DNA of 64,000 bases. Origin: an uncultured Erythrobacter sp. GTDB taxonomy: Bacteria; Pseudomonadota; Alphaproteobacteria; Sphingomonadales; Sphingomonadaceae. Shown here in pieces: positions 38,529-50,318 of this stretch. The position numbers were made by a program, and so were the translations under genes. Numbering within the stretch: the stretch's first letter is position 1; each line of letters opens with the position of its first letter. Below the pieces are notes generated by a model. It was not told the DNA's origin. It did not search any database and was given only the letters and a program-made list of their open reading frames with translations. The DNA is taken from contig CANKYK010000001.1 of assembly GCA_947488155.1 (NCBI GenBank), positions 1,194,439 to 1,258,438 of the forward strand, in the 5' to 3' direction.

Positions 38529-39560
38529 ATGTCAGACAATCGTAACGGCCTCACCGCGAAACTAATCGATCAGTTACCGAAGGCAGAACTCCATCTCCAT
38601 ATCGAGGGATCGCTCGAGCCAGAACTCATGTTCGCTCTCGCGCAGCGAAACAAGATCGATATCCCGTTCAAAAACGTCGAGGAAGTGCGTGCGGCTTATG
38701 ACTTCAGCAATCTGCAGGACTTCCTCGACATCTACTATCAAGGCATGGGTGTGCTGCTGCAGCAGCAGGATTTCTACGACCTTACGATCGCCTATCTCAA
38801 AAGAGCCCATGCCGACAACGTCCGCCACGTAGAGATATTTTTCGACCCGCAAGGGCATACCGACCGAGGCATCTCATTTGATACAGCGATAGGCGGCATC
38901 CTACGCGGACTTGAGCAAGGTGAAGCGCGCCTTGGTATCTCGTACCGCCTCATTATGTGCTTCCTGCGCCACCTCGACGAGGCGTCTGCTTTCAACACAC
39001 TCGAGCAGGCGGAACCGTGGATTGACCAGATTGCCGGTATCGGTCTTGATTCTTCCGAACTCGGTCATCCCCCATCGAAATTTGCTCGGGTTTTTGGAGC
39101 GGCACGAGCGAAGGGTCTCAAGATCGTCGCCCATGCCGGGGAGGAAGGGCCGCCTGACTATGTCTGGGAAGCATTGGATGAATTGAAGGTTGACCGCATC
39201 GATCATGGCAATCGCGCTCTTGAGGACGACGAGCTTGTCCAGCGGATTGTAAATGATGGACAGACTTTGACAGTATGCCCGCTTTCAAACCTCAAACTCT
39301 GTGTAATCGACACCATCGACCAAAGCCCGGTCAAGCGCATGTTGGACATGGGTATCAAGGCGACCATCAACTCGGATGATCCGGCGTATTTCGGCGGCTA
39401 TGTGAACGACAATTTTCGTGCTGTTGCCGAAGCCCTTCCGCTTACGCCCGAACAGATCGTCGTGCTGGCGAAGAACTCTTTCACGGGCTCATTTCTCCCC
39501 GAGGAGGAAAAAGCCCAGCGCTTAGAGGAAATTGATTCTGTCGCGAAACAGCTTTCCTGA
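38529..39560 (+). CDS. Adenosine/adenine deaminase family protein (the HLHIEGS subgroup, which includes adenine deaminases)
   Basis: Metal-binding motifs [15 protein letters not shown] and NSDDPAYFG. Confidence 0.9.
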   Translation: MSDNRNGLTAKLIDQLPKAELHLHIEGSLEPELMFALAQRNKIDIPFKNVEEVRAAYDFSNLQDFLDIYYQGMGVLLQQQDFYDLTIAYLKRAHADNVRHVEIFFDPQGHTDRGISFDTAIGGILRGLEQGEARLGISYRLIMCFLRHLDEASAFNTLEQAEPWIDQIAGIGLDSSELGHPPSKFARVFGAARAKGLKIVAHAGEEGPPDYVWEALDELKVDRIDHGNRALEDDELVQRIVNDGQTLTVCPLSNLKLCVIDTIDQSPVKRMLDMGIKATINSDDPAYFGGYVNDNFRAVAEALPLTPEQIVVLAKNSFTGSFLPEEEKAQRLEEIDSVAKQLS

Positions 39561-40423
39561 TGGCGAGCCAGCCAGCAGAAAGTGTTCAAAGGTCCGATCG
39601 CTATTTGGGCATCCCTGCTAGCGTCAAGTCCTTTGGCAACTTGACGCTGGATTTTGTCGCAAAACAGGGACGAACCCAGCTTCAAAAGGAACATCAGTCG
39701 GGCTGTCTTCGAGCGCGTATGATCAAGACGGCAAACCAAGAATGGCCTACTTTGGCGACCATTAACACTGCGGGCGGCTTGACCGGCGGTGACCATCTGA
39801 AACAAACCCTTTTGTGGCAGCGCAATGCCGAGGCGTGCGTGACTTCGGTTGCGGCAGAAAAAATCTATCGCTCACAATCAGGCAAAGCTCGAATTTGCAC
39901 GCATATCTCCGTCAAGTCAGGCGCTTCTGCAGAGTGGCTACCTCAGGAAACCATCCTGTTTGACGGTGCTCATCTCGACCGAGAGCTTGAGGTACATCTT
40001 GATGGAGAAGCCAATTTCGTCGGCTGCGAAGCCATCGTTTTTGGCAGATTAGCTCGAGGTGAAAGCCTGCGTACGGGTTCCATTTGCGAACAACTTAAAG
40101 TCTTCCGTGATGGCGAGTTGATCCTCTTTGATCGCACGCAGCAGTCAGGCGACTTGAACGCCTGGTTGGATCGCAATTCGTGCGGGGCAGCCAACCGGGC
40201 CAGCGGCACGATTGTCATCGCGGCATCAGAGCCGGAAGAGAAGCTCAAAGAACTGCGCGAGGCTTTGAGCGATGCCAAGGGGCTGGTTGGCGCGACGCTT
40301 GTTCGCGGCCTGGTGCACGCGCGTTTCCTTGCCAAGACTGATTGCGCGCTGCGCCACGACATGAGCCTTGCTCTGATTGCAGCTCGCGGCGGTCATGACC
40401 TTCCTCGTAACTGGAGTTGCTGA
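39560..40423 (+). CDS. ureD: Urease accessory protein UreD
   Basis: Position immediately upstream of ureABC, plus a [12 protein letters not shown]-type motif. Confidence 0.8.
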   Translation: MASQPAESVQRSDRYLGIPASVKSFGNLTLDFVAKQGRTQLQKEHQSGCLRARMIKTANQEWPTLATINTAGGLTGGDHLKQTLLWQRNAEACVTSVAAEKIYRSQSGKARICTHISVKSGASAEWLPQETILFDGAHLDRELEVHLDGEANFVGCEAIVFGRLARGESLRTGSICEQLKVFRDGELILFDRTQQSGDLNAWLDRNSCGAANRASGTIVIAASEPEEKLKELREALSDAKGLVGATLVRGLVHARFLAKTDCALRHDMSLALIAARGGHDLPRNWSC

Positions 40424-40425
40424 CT

Positions 40426-40728
40426 ATGAGACTGTCGCCCAGAGAGAAGGACAAAATGCTTATCTCGGTTGCAGCCATGGTTGCGCAGCGACGCCTGGAG
40501 CGTGGCGTCAAGCTGAATCACCCTGAAGCCATCGCGCTGATTTCGGATTTCGTTCTGGAGGGCGCGCGAGATGGCACTAGCGTGGCAGACCTCATGGAAG
40601 CGGGCGCGAATGTCCTGACGGTTGATCAGGTGATGCCGGGAATCGCGGAAATGATCCACGATGTTCAAGTTGAAGCCACGTTTCCCGACGGCACCAAACT
40701 CGTAACCGTCCACAGGCCGATCCGATGA
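40426..40728 (+). CDS. ureA: Urease subunit gamma
   Basis: [39 protein letters not shown]... is the canonical UreA sequence; 100 aa. Confidence 0.95.
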   Translation: MRLSPREKDKMLISVAAMVAQRRLERGVKLNHPEAIALISDFVLEGARDGTSVADLMEAGANVLTVDQVMPGIAEMIHDVQVEATFPDGTKLVTVHRPIR

Positions 40729-41033
40729 TTCCGGGACAACTGATCCCTGCCAACGGGCATCTGGTGCTCAATGCACGTAGTGATGCCGTGCAGGTGACTG
40801 TCTGTAATCTTGGCGATCGCCCGGTTCAGGTGGGCAGCCACTACCATTTCGCTGAAGCGAATGCGGGTCTCGATTTTGACCGTGCCAAAGCCTGGGCGTG
40901 TCGTCTGGATATCCCAGCAGGCTCAGCCGTTCGATTTGAGCCGGGGCAGACGCGCGAAGTCGATCTGGTGCCCTATGCGGGCGATGAAATCGTGTGCGGT
41001 TTCAGGGGATTGACCAGAAAGGAACTGGGCTGA
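40725..41033 (+). CDS. ureB: Urease subunit beta
   Basis: MIPGQL...[18 protein letters not shown]. It overlaps ureA (ATGA). Confidence 0.95.
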   Translation: MIPGQLIPANGHLVLNARSDAVQVTVCNLGDRPVQVGSHYHFAEANAGLDFDRAKAWACRLDIPAGSAVRFEPGQTREVDLVPYAGDEIVCGFRGLTRKELG

Positions 41034-42742
41034 TGCCGTTCAAGATATCGCGCCATGACTACGCGCATATGTTTGGCCCCACAAAAGGCGATCGGCTGCG
41101 GCTCGCTGATACCGAACTCATCATCGAGATCGAGAGCGATGCGACCGTCTATGGCGATGAAATCAAGTTTGGTGGCGGCAAGGTTATCCGTGACGGAATG
41201 GGCCAGAGCCAACGAACCAACGCTCAAGGTGTTGTCGATACCGTCATTACCAACGCCATCATCATTGACCATAACAAGGTGATCAAAGCAGACATCGGTA
41301 TCAAAGCCGGGCGGATCCACGCAATTGGCAAAGCGGGTAATCCCGATACACAACCGGGCGTCGAAATCGTCGTCGGACCGGGCACTGATGTCATCGCAGG
41401 CGAAGGCAAGATCGTGACTGCCGGGGGGGTCGATTGCCACATCCACATGATCTGTCCGCAACAAGTTGACGAAGCGGTCGCAAGCGGGATCACAACCTTT
41501 GTTGGAGGCGGCACTGGGCCGTCTACCGGAAGCAACGCCACGACGTGCACGCCGGGGCCCTTCCATATTGAGCAGATGCTGCGCGCGGTTGACGGGCTGC
41601 CGATCAATTTTGCGATTGTTGGCAAAGGCAACAGCAGCCGGCCTGAAGCGCTCATCGAGCAGATCGAGGCCGGGGCAGCTGCGCTCAAACTGCACGAAGA
41701 TTGGGGCACGACACCTGCCACAATCGATTGCTGTCTCACAGCTGCCGATGATCACGATGTGCAGGTTATGCTCCACACCGATACCCTCAATGAAAGTGGT
41801 TTCGTCGACGACACAGTCGCCGCGTTCAAAGGGCGCACGATTCACGCTTTTCATACCGAGGGCGCTGGCGGTGGGCACGCGCCCGACGTCATCAAGCTGG
41901 CGGGCCTACCCCACGTCATTCCCTCGTCGACTAACCCGACACGGCCCTTCACCGTCAATACGATTGAAGAGCATCTCGACATGCTCATGGTGTGCCATCA
42001 CCTCGACCCCTCTATTGCAGAGGACATTGCCTTTGCAGAAAGCCGCATTCGCAAGGAGACGATTGCGGCAGAGGACATCTTTCACGATGTCGGCGCGATA
42101 TCGATCATCTCTTCCGACAGCCAGGCGATGGGCCGTGTCGGCGAAGTGATTACACGCACGTGGCAGACTGCCGACAAGATGAAGCGGCAGCGTGGTCAGC
42201 TCGAAGGTGAGACTGGCGATAATGACAACCTGCGGGTTCGACGGTACATTTCCAAATACACGCTGAACCCGGCTATCGCCCAAGGGTTGTCGGCCGAGAT
42301 CGGATCGGTTGACATAGGCAAGCTTGCCGACCTCATCGTGTGGGATCCCGCCTTCTTTGGAGTCAAACCTGATCTAGTTGTCAAAGGCGGAACCATCAGC
42401 TTTGCCGCTATGGGCGACCCCAACGCCAGCATACCAACACCGCAACCGATGCATGGTCGGCCCATGTTTGGAATGTGTGGCAAGGCGCTATCCAGCTCAT
42501 CGCTCACATTCGTCTCACAGGCTGCATTCGCAGGTGGAGTAAAACAAAGGTTATCGCTGGAAAAAGACGTCGTTGCCGTGAGCAAATGCCGAGATATCGG
42601 TAAGAAAGACATGATCTTAAACGATGCCCTCCCAGAAATCGACGTAGACCCCGAAACTTACGAAGTGCGCATGAACGGCGAGCTTGCGACTTGCGAGCCG
42701 GCGAACATCGTTCCGATGGCCCAACGTTATTTCCTATACTGA
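41033..42742 (+). CDS. ureC: Urease subunit alpha
   Basis: [27 protein letters not shown]..., [22 protein letters not shown]. The start overlaps the ureB stop (TGATG). Confidence 0.97.
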   Translation: MPFKISRHDYAHMFGPTKGDRLRLADTELIIEIESDATVYGDEIKFGGGKVIRDGMGQSQRTNAQGVVDTVITNAIIIDHNKVIKADIGIKAGRIHAIGKAGNPDTQPGVEIVVGPGTDVIAGEGKIVTAGGVDCHIHMICPQQVDEAVASGITTFVGGGTGPSTGSNATTCTPGPFHIEQMLRAVDGLPINFAIVGKGNSSRPEALIEQIEAGAAALKLHEDWGTTPATIDCCLTAADDHDVQVMLHTDTLNESGFVDDTVAAFKGRTIHAFHTEGAGGGHAPDVIKLAGLPHVIPSSTNPTRPFTVNTIEEHLDMLMVCHHLDPSIAEDIAFAESRIRKETIAAEDIFHDVGAISIISSDSQAMGRVGEVITRTWQTADKMKRQRGQLEGETGDNDNLRVRRYISKYTLNPAIAQGLSAEIGSVDIGKLADLIVWDPAFFGVKPDLVVKGGTISFAAMGDPNASIPTPQPMHGRPMFGMCGKALSSSSLTFVSQAAFAGGVKQRLSLEKDVVAVSKCRDIGKKDMILNDALPEIDVDPETYEVRMNGELATCEPANIVPMAQRYFLY

Positions 42743-42745
42743 GCT

Positions 42746-43231
42746 ATGACCGAACCCACTCTCATCAGCGCCATTGTTGAAAACGCATTCCAGGCCAGTG
42801 ACAGTGTTGCGCTCGATTACGATGCTCGCAGCAAACGCCGTGCGGTTTGGACCACAGCGAGCGGTAAGAAAATTCTGCTCGATCAGGAGCGACCCACAAC
42901 GCTTCGATCTGGTCAGGGCTTCGAGCTACCAGACGGCTCGGTTGTACGGATTGAAGCGGCTGAAGAAGACCTCATTGCCATCGCGACACCAAGCCTAAAA
43001 CTTCTGACACAACTGGCGTGGCATCTGGGAAATCGGCACTTACCCACCCAGGTAATAGCTAGCATTGATGGTGTTAGCCTCCATATTAGGGCCGACCACG
43101 TCATCGAGGAAATGGTCGTAGGGCTTGGCGGGCAAACTCGCAGAATTCGGGCTGGTTTCGATCCTGAGCGCGGAGCCTACGCTCGTGATGCGCGGCATAA
43201 AGATCATCAGGATGGTCATGCGCATGGCTAA
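42746..43231 (+). CDS. ureE: Urease accessory protein UreE
   Basis: AWHLGNRHLP motif and a His-rich tail ([11 protein letters not shown]). Confidence 0.85.
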   Translation: MTEPTLISAIVENAFQASDSVALDYDARSKRRAVWTTASGKKILLDQERPTTLRSGQGFELPDGSVVRIEAAEEDLIAIATPSLKLLTQLAWHLGNRHLPTQVIASIDGVSLHIRADHVIEEMVVGLGGQTRRIRAGFDPERGAYARDARHKDHQDGHAHG

Positions 43232-43955
43232 TCAAACAGATGATCGCAGCTGGCTCTACAGCACTCTCAGTTGGATGTCGCCCTCTTGGCCAATTGGCGC
43301 TTTTGCCTATTCGAGCGGGCTCGAATGGGCTCATGAAGCGGGCTGGCTTTATGATGCCAATGCGGTGGCGGAATGGATCCGCGATAGTCTCGACTGCGGT
43401 AGTCTGTCAGCGGATGCTGCCTGTTTTGTCCGATGCTTTAAACCATTGGACGGAAATGCTGGTGCTATCGAGTTCAAGGAACTGGCTACTTTTTCGCTTG
43501 CTGCTCAGATTTCGCGAGAACGCTCCATTGAAACGGCTGCGCAGGGCGATGCTTTCCGCGCCATCGCCATAAACGCTAACAGGCAGGTGCACCCCGGCAA
43601 GATCGCTGCCTACGAACGGGCGACAAGCAGTATCGAAAAGGGAAAACTGCCTTATCCGGTAGCAGCTGGCGTATTGTTCGCTATTTTTAGAGTTCCAGTA
43701 GAAGCGGCGCTGCTGGCTTTTCTGCACGCCGCAGTTGCCAACCTACTGTCAGCTTCCCAGCGCATCGTGCCGCTAGGACATACTGATACTCAAGTGCTTG
43801 CCTCCACTTTGCAGCATAACGTCCAGCATGCCGTCGACATCAGTCTCGAACGACGCTTGCTTCCCATCGAGCAGGCATTAGCTAGCGCCAATCTCGCTGC
43901 AGAAATTGCCTGTATCCAACATGAAACGCAATACACGAGGCTTTTCAGGACATGA
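43224..43955 (+). CDS. ureF: Urease accessory protein UreF
   Basis: The start is trimmed to ATG at 43224. The motif is [18 protein letters not shown]. Confidence 0.85.
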   Translation: MANQTDDRSWLYSTLSWMSPSWPIGAFAYSSGLEWAHEAGWLYDANAVAEWIRDSLDCGSLSADAACFVRCFKPLDGNAGAIEFKELATFSLAAQISRERSIETAAQGDAFRAIAINANRQVHPGKIAAYERATSSIEKGKLPYPVAAGVLFAIFRVPVEAALLAFLHAAVANLLSASQRIVPLGHTDTQVLASTLQHNVQHAVDISLERRLLPIEQALASANLAAEIACIQHETQYTRLFRT

Positions 43956-44587
43956 CCAACAAGAGGCTCTCACCACTCAGAGTAGGGATCGGCGGTCCCG
44001 TCGGAACGGGCAAGACCGCGCTCATGGACGCCCTTTGTAAACGGCTCCGCAATCAGCTCGAAGTCGCTGCCATTACAAATGACATTTATACCAAAGAGGA
44101 TGCAGAGTTTCTGCTTCGCGCAGGCTCCCTCGCAGCAGACCGTATCGTGGGTGTTGAAACAGGTGGTTGTCCCCATACGGCGATCAGGGAAGATGCATCG
44201 ATGAACCTTGCTGCCGTCGAGGACATTACCGCTCGCCATGATGGGCTCGACCTCATCCTCATTGAAAGCGGCGGAGACAATCTGGCCGCGACATTCAGCC
44301 CGGAATTGGCTGACCTCACAATCTACGTCATTGATGTGTCGGCGGGCGACAAAATTCCCAGAAAGGGTGGTCCGGGTATCACACGGTCGGATCTTCTCGT
44401 CATCAACAAGACCGACCTTGCGCCCTTGGTGGGAGCGGATCTGGACGTGATGGACCGGGACGCCCGGCGCATGCGTGGTCAGCGGCCATTTGTTTTTGCG
44501 AACATCAAAGCGGGAACCGCTGTTGAGGAGATTGCGAATTTCCTCATCGAAAACGGCTGCCTGCCAACTGAAGGAGACGACTTGTGA
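43952..44587 (+). CDS. ureG: Urease accessory GTPase UreG
   Basis: P-loop [16 protein letters not shown] and NKTDL. Confidence 0.95.
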   Translation: MTNKRLSPLRVGIGGPVGTGKTALMDALCKRLRNQLEVAAITNDIYTKEDAEFLLRAGSLAADRIVGVETGGCPHTAIREDASMNLAAVEDITARHDGLDLILIESGGDNLAATFSPELADLTIYVIDVSAGDKIPRKGGPGITRSDLLVINKTDLAPLVGADLDVMDRDARRMRGQRPFVFANIKAGTAVEEIANFLIENGCLPTEGDDL

Positions 44588-44976
44588 AGAAGCTGACGCC
44601 AATGAAAACTGGGGTGACGATTGCCTTGCTCAGCATGTCGGCAAGCGGGGCTGCGCATGAAGGCCATCAGCTCGCTGATCATACTCTCGTGAGCGGACTC
44701 TTACATCCTCTAACCGGTATCGCACATCTTGTCGGACTACTGGGTTTAGGCGGCGTGATTGGGGTTGCGAGCGCGCTATGGTTGCGAGAGGAATCAGATC
44801 TGCTCCCGATTCTGTTACTCTCGGTGGCTTGTCTTGTCCTGTCAGTGGGTAAGGCCAATGGAGCCTTTGCTATAGGTTTCTTTGCATCAAGCCTCTTGCT
44901 GTCGGGCGTCGCTTACGCGCTTGGCAAATTCCTGACTAAGAAGAGTTCAGGTTGGCAACGATCCCGCAAGTTCTGA
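44584..44976 (+). CDS. HupE/UreJ-family (nickel-related) membrane protein, short form
   Basis: The GTG start overlaps the ureG stop. A signal peptide is followed by AHEGH...[12 protein letters not shown]. At 130 aa it is shorter than typical family members. Confidence 0.55.
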   Translation: MKKLTPMKTGVTIALLSMSASGAAHEGHQLADHTLVSGLLHPLTGIAHLVGLLGLGGVIGVASALWLREESDLLPILLLSVACLVLSVGKANGAFAIGFFASSLLLSGVAYALGKFLTKKSSGWQRSRKF

Positions 44977-45471
44977 TGCTTCAATACACACTTTCTGATC
45001 ATTGAGGAGGAGCACCTCCTCGCAGTCTTCTTCTCGTGCAACTCGGTCGATAACTAGGAAATCACTAGTCTCGCCGAGCGCCAAACAAAAATGGTGCCAA
45101 GTGCCAGCCGAAAACTGGACACCCTGGCTGCCCTTCGCAGCGAACACGCGAATGCTATCGCTATCAAGATCGCCAGCAGGTGCGACGACCACCAGAAAGG
45201 GATTGCCACTAAGTGGCACAAAGGCTTGCGAACCCTGTCGATGCCTTTCCATTGTCTCGACGATGAAAGGCAAGGAGCGTGGTTTGGCACGGTAAATATG
45301 GATTGCCGCGTGGCCGGACCCGCGCCCGCAATCAGGCCGCGCAAGTTCTACAAACTTCAGACACGTGCCGTTGTTGATGATGGAAGCGGACGATTCATCA
45401 CCCGCTTCAATCACGTCTCCAAAGGGGTGAAACGCATCATCGGTCAACTGCTCTACGGGAATTGCCTTCAT
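44947..45471 (-). CDS. allA: Ureidoglycolate lyase
   Basis: 174-aa ORF. The N-terminus ...LTDDAFHPFGDVIEA... and a cupin-like body resemble AllA. Confidence 0.8.
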   Translation of the reverse strand: MKAIPVEQLTDDAFHPFGDVIEAGDESSASIINNGTCLKFVELARPDCGRGSGHAAIHIYRAKPRSLPFIVETMERHRQGSQAFVPLSGNPFLVVVAPAGDLDSDSIRVFAAKGSQGVQFSAGTWHHFCLALGETSDFLVIDRVAREEDCEEVLLLNDQKVCIEASELAGSLPT

Positions 45472-45500
45472 CTACTTTACCTCTTTCCATTCATTCTTGC

Positions 45501-45512
45501 TTAAACGTTTAA
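45501..45512. promoter_or_regulatory. Candidate LacI-family operator TTAAACGTTTAA
   Basis: Perfect palindrome in the divergent allA / tkt region, 30 nt from allA and 39 nt from tkt. Confidence 0.6.
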
Positions 45513-45550
45513 CTAAAGCTAGGCCAGAGAGAATTCTGAAAGGAGTAGGG

Positions 45551-47545
45551 GTGGAAAAAACCGAACAATCTCTAACTGAAATGGCGACCATGTTGCGGGT
45601 GCTATGTGCCGATATGATCGAAAATGCCGGATCGGGCCATCCCGGTATGCCCATGGGCATGGCGGATGCCGCGACCGTTCTGTTTACAAACCATCTTAGA
45701 TTTGACCCGCAAAACCCGCAATGGGCCGCTCGCGATCGGTTTGTCCTTTCTGCAGGGCACGGATCGGCGCTTATCTACGCACTACTTCACTTGATCGGTC
45801 TTCCAGAGATGGGCCTGGAACAGTTGCAGACGTTGCGTCGGAAGGGCAGCCTTACACCTGGACACCCTGAGCACGGCCACACAACTGGGATCGAATGCAC
45901 TACGGGCCCTCTTGGTCAAGGCTTCGCGACGTCTGTTGGTATGGCGATCTCTGAAAAAAAGCTCCGCGCTGAGCTAGAGTCCGACATCGCATCGCACCGC
46001 GTTTTCGCTATCGCAGGAGATGGCTGCCTGATGGAAGGCATTAGCCATGAAGCGGCTGCGCTTGCTGGTCACTTACAACTCGACAACCTCACGGTCTTGT
46101 TCGACGACAACTCCATTTCCATTGACGGAAAGATCTCAATCACGTCCTCGGAAGACGTTCTGTCACGCTTTACTTCTTATGGATGGAACACCATCAAAGT
46201 TGATGGGCATTCCCAACAGTCGGTCAATCAGGCGCTTCTTCAGGCCGAAGATGCATGTCGACCTACCCTGATTGCCTGTAAGACCAAAATTGGGTTTGGC
46301 GCACCGACTAAAGCCGGCAAGGCTGCCATTCATGGTGCTCCGCTGGGGCCTGACGAAGTGATCGGACTGCGAAAACTCGTAGGCTGGGAATCAGAACCAT
46401 TTCATCTCCCCAACAGGCTTTTGGAAATGTGGCGCGAAGTAGGGCGTCGTAACGCGAATTTGCATCGGGATTGGCAGAGCCGCCTAAGTGCCGAGAACAG
46501 CGAGGTTCGCTCTCGCCTTAAGGCTATTGAACAGGGGGAACTGCCTGCTCTCTCAACGGAGGCTGTCAAATCGCTACGCGCCGTTGCATTGGCACAATCA
46601 GATCCGCAGGCAACACGAGTATCGTCCAAGAACGCGCTCGAAAGCATCGTCCCAGAAATGCCTTCGCTTACTGGAGGCTCGGCTGATCTGAGTGGATCGA
46701 ACGGCACAAGAACGGATCATCACTCGGACTTCAGCAACGAAAATAGGTCAGGCAACTATATCCGTTACGGCGTTCGCGAACACGCTATGGCCGCAATAAT
46801 GAACGGTATAGCTCTGTCCGGGGCATACACACCCTATGGCGGAACGTTTCTGGTGTTTAGCGACTATTGCCGCCCAGCAATCCGCTTGTCAGCCCTAATG
46901 CGGCTTCGAGTGATCTACGTCTTCACGCATGACTCCATCGGTTTGGGTGAGGACGGACCAACCCACCAACCCGTTGAGCATCTGGCCAGCCTACGCCTGA
47001 TTCCTGGCCTACAGGTCTTGCGACCTGCAGACGCCGTCGAGGTCGCCGAATGTTGGGAGATGGCACTCAACAGTGACGGTCCGACCGCCTTGGTTTTGTC
47101 TCGCCAGAATCTCCCTCAGTTCCGCGTTCATGCAGACAAGAACCTTAGCGCCAATGGAGCCTATCGGGTTGCCTCGTGCCAAGAGCCTGCGGATGTGAGA
47201 ATTTTTGCGAGTGGGTCTGAAGTCCATTTGGCAGTAGAGGCCGGAGAACACCTTATGAAGGAAGGGGTCAAAACCGAGGTCTTCTCGGTTCCTCGCCTCG
47301 ACCGTGTGGCCCGCTCCGATTCCGTGCAATCAACACACAGGACACCGCCCGCGCTTCAAGTCGCGATCGAGGCTGGGTTGCCAGATCCTTGGCGACCGAT
47401 TGTCGGAGATGAGGGCTTGATCTTTGGCGTTGATCGTTTCGGCGAATCCGCATCCGCCGAAGAGCTTTTTGAGCAGTTCGGACTGACACCCGCGCATGTC
47501 GTCGCACGGATACAGAATCATCTAAATTTAAAGGTACAAACATGA
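45551..47545 (+). CDS. tkt: Transketolase
   Basis: [15 protein letters not shown], and the ThDP motif [13 protein letters not shown]. The start is trimmed to GTG at 45551, with AAGGAG 6 nt upstream. Confidence 0.92.
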   Translation: MEKTEQSLTEMATMLRVLCADMIENAGSGHPGMPMGMADAATVLFTNHLRFDPQNPQWAARDRFVLSAGHGSALIYALLHLIGLPEMGLEQLQTLRRKGSLTPGHPEHGHTTGIECTTGPLGQGFATSVGMAISEKKLRAELESDIASHRVFAIAGDGCLMEGISHEAAALAGHLQLDNLTVLFDDNSISIDGKISITSSEDVLSRFTSYGWNTIKVDGHSQQSVNQALLQAEDACRPTLIACKTKIGFGAPTKAGKAAIHGAPLGPDEVIGLRKLVGWESEPFHLPNRLLEMWREVGRRNANLHRDWQSRLSAENSEVRSRLKAIEQGELPALSTEAVKSLRAVALAQSDPQATRVSSKNALESIVPEMPSLTGGSADLSGSNGTRTDHHSDFSNENRSGNYIRYGVREHAMAAIMNGIALSGAYTPYGGTFLVFSDYCRPAIRLSALMRLRVIYVFTHDSIGLGEDGPTHQPVEHLASLRLIPGLQVLRPADAVEVAECWEMALNSDGPTALVLSRQNLPQFRVHADKNLSANGAYRVASCQEPADVRIFASGSEVHLAVEAGEHLMKEGVKTEVFSVPRLDRVARSDSVQSTHRTPPALQVAIEAGLPDPWRPIVGDEGLIFGVDRFGESASAEELFEQFGLTPAHVVARIQNHLNLKVQT

Positions 47546-48198
47546 AATTCTTTGCCGACACAGCCGAACTCGACGACATTAAAGAGCTTGCCGCAACCGG
47601 CCTCCTTGATGGCGCCACCACCAATCCTTCGCTGATCGCCAAGTCGGGTCGCGATTTCATGGAGGTAACGAAGGAAATCTGCGATATCGTTGACGGTCCG
47701 GTCAGCGCGGAAGTTGTCGCATTGGATCATGAGACGATGATGAAAGAGGCAGAAGTCCTGCGCAAGATCGCGGACAATGTGTGCATCAAGGTTCCGCTGA
47801 CGATTGATGGCCTGAAGACCTGCAAAGCGCTGACCAACGACGGTACGATGGTCAACGTCACGCTGTGTTTCTCTGCCAATCAGGCGCTGCTTGCAGCAAA
47901 GGCCGGGGCGAGCTTCATCAGCCCGTTTGTCGGGCGGCACGATGACAACGGCTTCACCGGAATGGAACTGATCGAAGATATCCGTCTGGTTTATGACAAC
48001 TACGATTACGGCACAGAAATTCTGGTCGCGAGCGTGCGGCATGTGATCCACGTGCTGGAAAGCGCAAAGATCGGCGCCGATGTTATGACCGCTCCGCCAA
48101 AGGTCATCCAGCAACTCTTCAATCACACGCTGACTGACAAGGGCATCGAGGGCTTTTTGAAAGACTGGAAATCGACCGGACAGAGTATTTTAGCGTGA
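47542..48198 (+). CDS. tal: Short-form transaldolase / fructose-6-phosphate aldolase family
   Basis: [16 protein letters not shown]...GATTNPSL...KVP...SPFVGR; 218 aa. It overlaps the tkt stop. Confidence 0.9.
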   Translation: MKFFADTAELDDIKELAATGLLDGATTNPSLIAKSGRDFMEVTKEICDIVDGPVSAEVVALDHETMMKEAEVLRKIADNVCIKVPLTIDGLKTCKALTNDGTMVNVTLCFSANQALLAAKAGASFISPFVGRHDDNGFTGMELIEDIRLVYDNYDYGTEILVASVRHVIHVLESAKIGADVMTAPPKVIQQLFNHTLTDKGIEGFLKDWKSTGQSILA

Positions 48199-50318
48199 CT
48201 GCTTTTTCCCCTCGTTCGGGGCTTCAGATCGATACCAATCTTGCTGAATTTCTGGAGCATGAGGTGCTTGAGCCGCTGGGACGCGATGTGGTTGCTTTCT
48301 GGGATGGCTTTACGAAACTGCTGTCAGGCTTTGCGCCGCGCAATGCCGCGCTGCTTGAAAAGCGCGAGGATCTCCAGGCGAAGATCGATGCCTGGCATAA
48401 AGAGAGCGCAGGAAAGCCGCATGATGCCGTCGCCTATAAGGCGTTTCTGCAGGAGATCGGCTATCTCGTTTCCGAGCCGGGTGATTTCCAGATCGGCACG
48501 CAGAACGTCGATCCGGAAATCGCCACGATGGCAGGTCCCCAATTGGTGGTCCCAGTGCTCAATGCCCGCTTCCTGCTAAACGCTGCCAATGCGCGCTGGG
48601 GCAGCCTCTACGATGCATTTTACGGCACAGACGCACTTGATGCGCCACCCGCCAGGCCTGGCGGCTATGACAAGGAACGCGGTGCAGCTGTCATCGCTCG
48701 CGGGCGTGAGTTCCTCGATCAGACCATTCCTCTTGCTTCGGGAAGTTGGGCAGACCTGACCTTCCACGATATCCGCGCCGAAGGATTAGCGATCGCGGAC
48801 CAGGACCAGTATATTGGAGCCACTCACAAGGGCCATGTGTTCGTCAACAATGGCTTGCATATCGAAGTAGTATTCGATCGCGATCACCCGGTGGGCAAGG
48901 ATGACAAGGCGGGGATCGCCGATATCATCCTCGAGAGCGCGCTGACGACGATTGCCGATTGCGAGGATTCGGTCGCAGCGGTTGATGCCGCAGACAAGCT
49001 GCTGGCTTACAGCAATTGGCTGGGCGTCATTCGCGGCGATTTGGAAGCAAACTTCAAGAAGGAAAAAAGCACCCAAACCCGGAGACTAAGGGGGGACAAG
49101 GTCTACCTCACACCAAAAGGTGAACGGCTACGACTACCAGGCCGCAGCCTCCTATTCGTGCGCAATGTCGGGCATCTGATGACCAATCCGGCAATCCGGC
49201 TTGCTGATGGTTCGGAAGTGCCCGAGGGCATTATGGACGCAGTCTTCACCAGCGCGATTGGCACTCTGGATGTCGAAGGTCACGCGAGATTCGGCAATAG
49301 CCGCCACGGCAGCATCTACATCGTGAAGCCGAAGATGCACGGGCCCGACGAATGCGCCTTCACCAACGACCTGTTCAACGCGGTCGAGGATTTGCTTGGC
49401 CTGGCGCGTCACACGATCAAGGTTGGCGTGATGGACGAGGAACGCCGCACCAGCACGAACCTTGGTGCGTGTATCGAAGCGGTGAAGGATCGCATCGTCT
49501 TCATCAACACCGGTTTCCTCGATCGCACGGGCGATGAGATCCACACCTCGATGCAGGCCGGGCCAATGATCCGCAAGGCAGAGATGAAGAGCAGCATCTG
49601 GCTGACTGCATATGAGGCGCGCAACGTTGGCATCGGCCTCAAACATGGCCTGACTGGCAAGGCCCAGATCGGCAAGGGCATGTGGGCTGCACCCGGCCTG
49701 ATGGGACAGATGCTGGTTGAAAAGATCGGCCATCTCAAAGCTGGTGCAAACACCGCCTGGGTTCCGTCACCGACCGCTGCAACGCTGCATGCGCTACACT
49801 ACCATCAGACAAACGTGTTCGAAATTCAGAAACAGCTCGGTGAAATTCCCTCGGTGGACGAACTGCTGCAAATACCTTTGGCGGAAGGCACCAATTGGTC
49901 GGAAGACGAGCTGCGCGAGGAGCTCGACAACAATTGCCAGGGCCTGCTTGGTTATGTCGTGCGCTGGATCGATGCGGGCGTTGGCTGTTCCAAAGTGCCG
50001 GACGTCAACGATGTGGGTCTGATGGAAGACCGCGCGACATTGCGTATCTCATCGCAGCACATGGCCAACTGGCTGCATCACGGCGTGGTGAGCGAGGATA
50101 TGATCATGGATTCGCTGCGCCGGATGGCAGAGAAAGTCGATGCGCAGAATGCAGGCGATCCTTCTTACGAACCGCTCAGCGGTAATGACGACGGGATCGC
50201 GTTTAAGGCGGCTAAAGATCTGATCTTCAAGGGCGTCGAGCAACCGAGCGGCTATACCGAACCACTGTTGCACGCATGGCGGATCAAGAAAAAGTGGGGA
50301 ACAAAGAATGGGGGCTGA
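48195..50318 (+). CDS. glcB: Malate synthase G
   Basis: 707-aa ORF with G-type length and segments (...[13 protein letters not shown]...MDEERRTS...). The GTG start overlaps the tal stop (GTGA). Confidence 0.9.
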   Translation: MTAFSPRSGLQIDTNLAEFLEHEVLEPLGRDVVAFWDGFTKLLSGFAPRNAALLEKREDLQAKIDAWHKESAGKPHDAVAYKAFLQEIGYLVSEPGDFQIGTQNVDPEIATMAGPQLVVPVLNARFLLNAANARWGSLYDAFYGTDALDAPPARPGGYDKERGAAVIARGREFLDQTIPLASGSWADLTFHDIRAEGLAIADQDQYIGATHKGHVFVNNGLHIEVVFDRDHPVGKDDKAGIADIILESALTTIADCEDSVAAVDAADKLLAYSNWLGVIRGDLEANFKKEKSTQTRRLRGDKVYLTPKGERLRLPGRSLLFVRNVGHLMTNPAIRLADGSEVPEGIMDAVFTSAIGTLDVEGHARFGNSRHGSIYIVKPKMHGPDECAFTNDLFNAVEDLLGLARHTIKVGVMDEERRTSTNLGACIEAVKDRIVFINTGFLDRTGDEIHTSMQAGPMIRKAEMKSSIWLTAYEARNVGIGLKHGLTGKAQIGKGMWAAPGLMGQMLVEKIGHLKAGANTAWVPSPTAATLHALHYHQTNVFEIQKQLGEIPSVDELLQIPLAEGTNWSEDELREELDNNCQGLLGYVVRWIDAGVGCSKVPDVNDVGLMEDRATLRISSQHMANWLHHGVVSEDMIMDSLRRMAEKVDAQNAGDPSYEPLSGNDDGIAFKAAKDLIFKGVEQPSGYTEPLLHAWRIKKKWGTKNGG

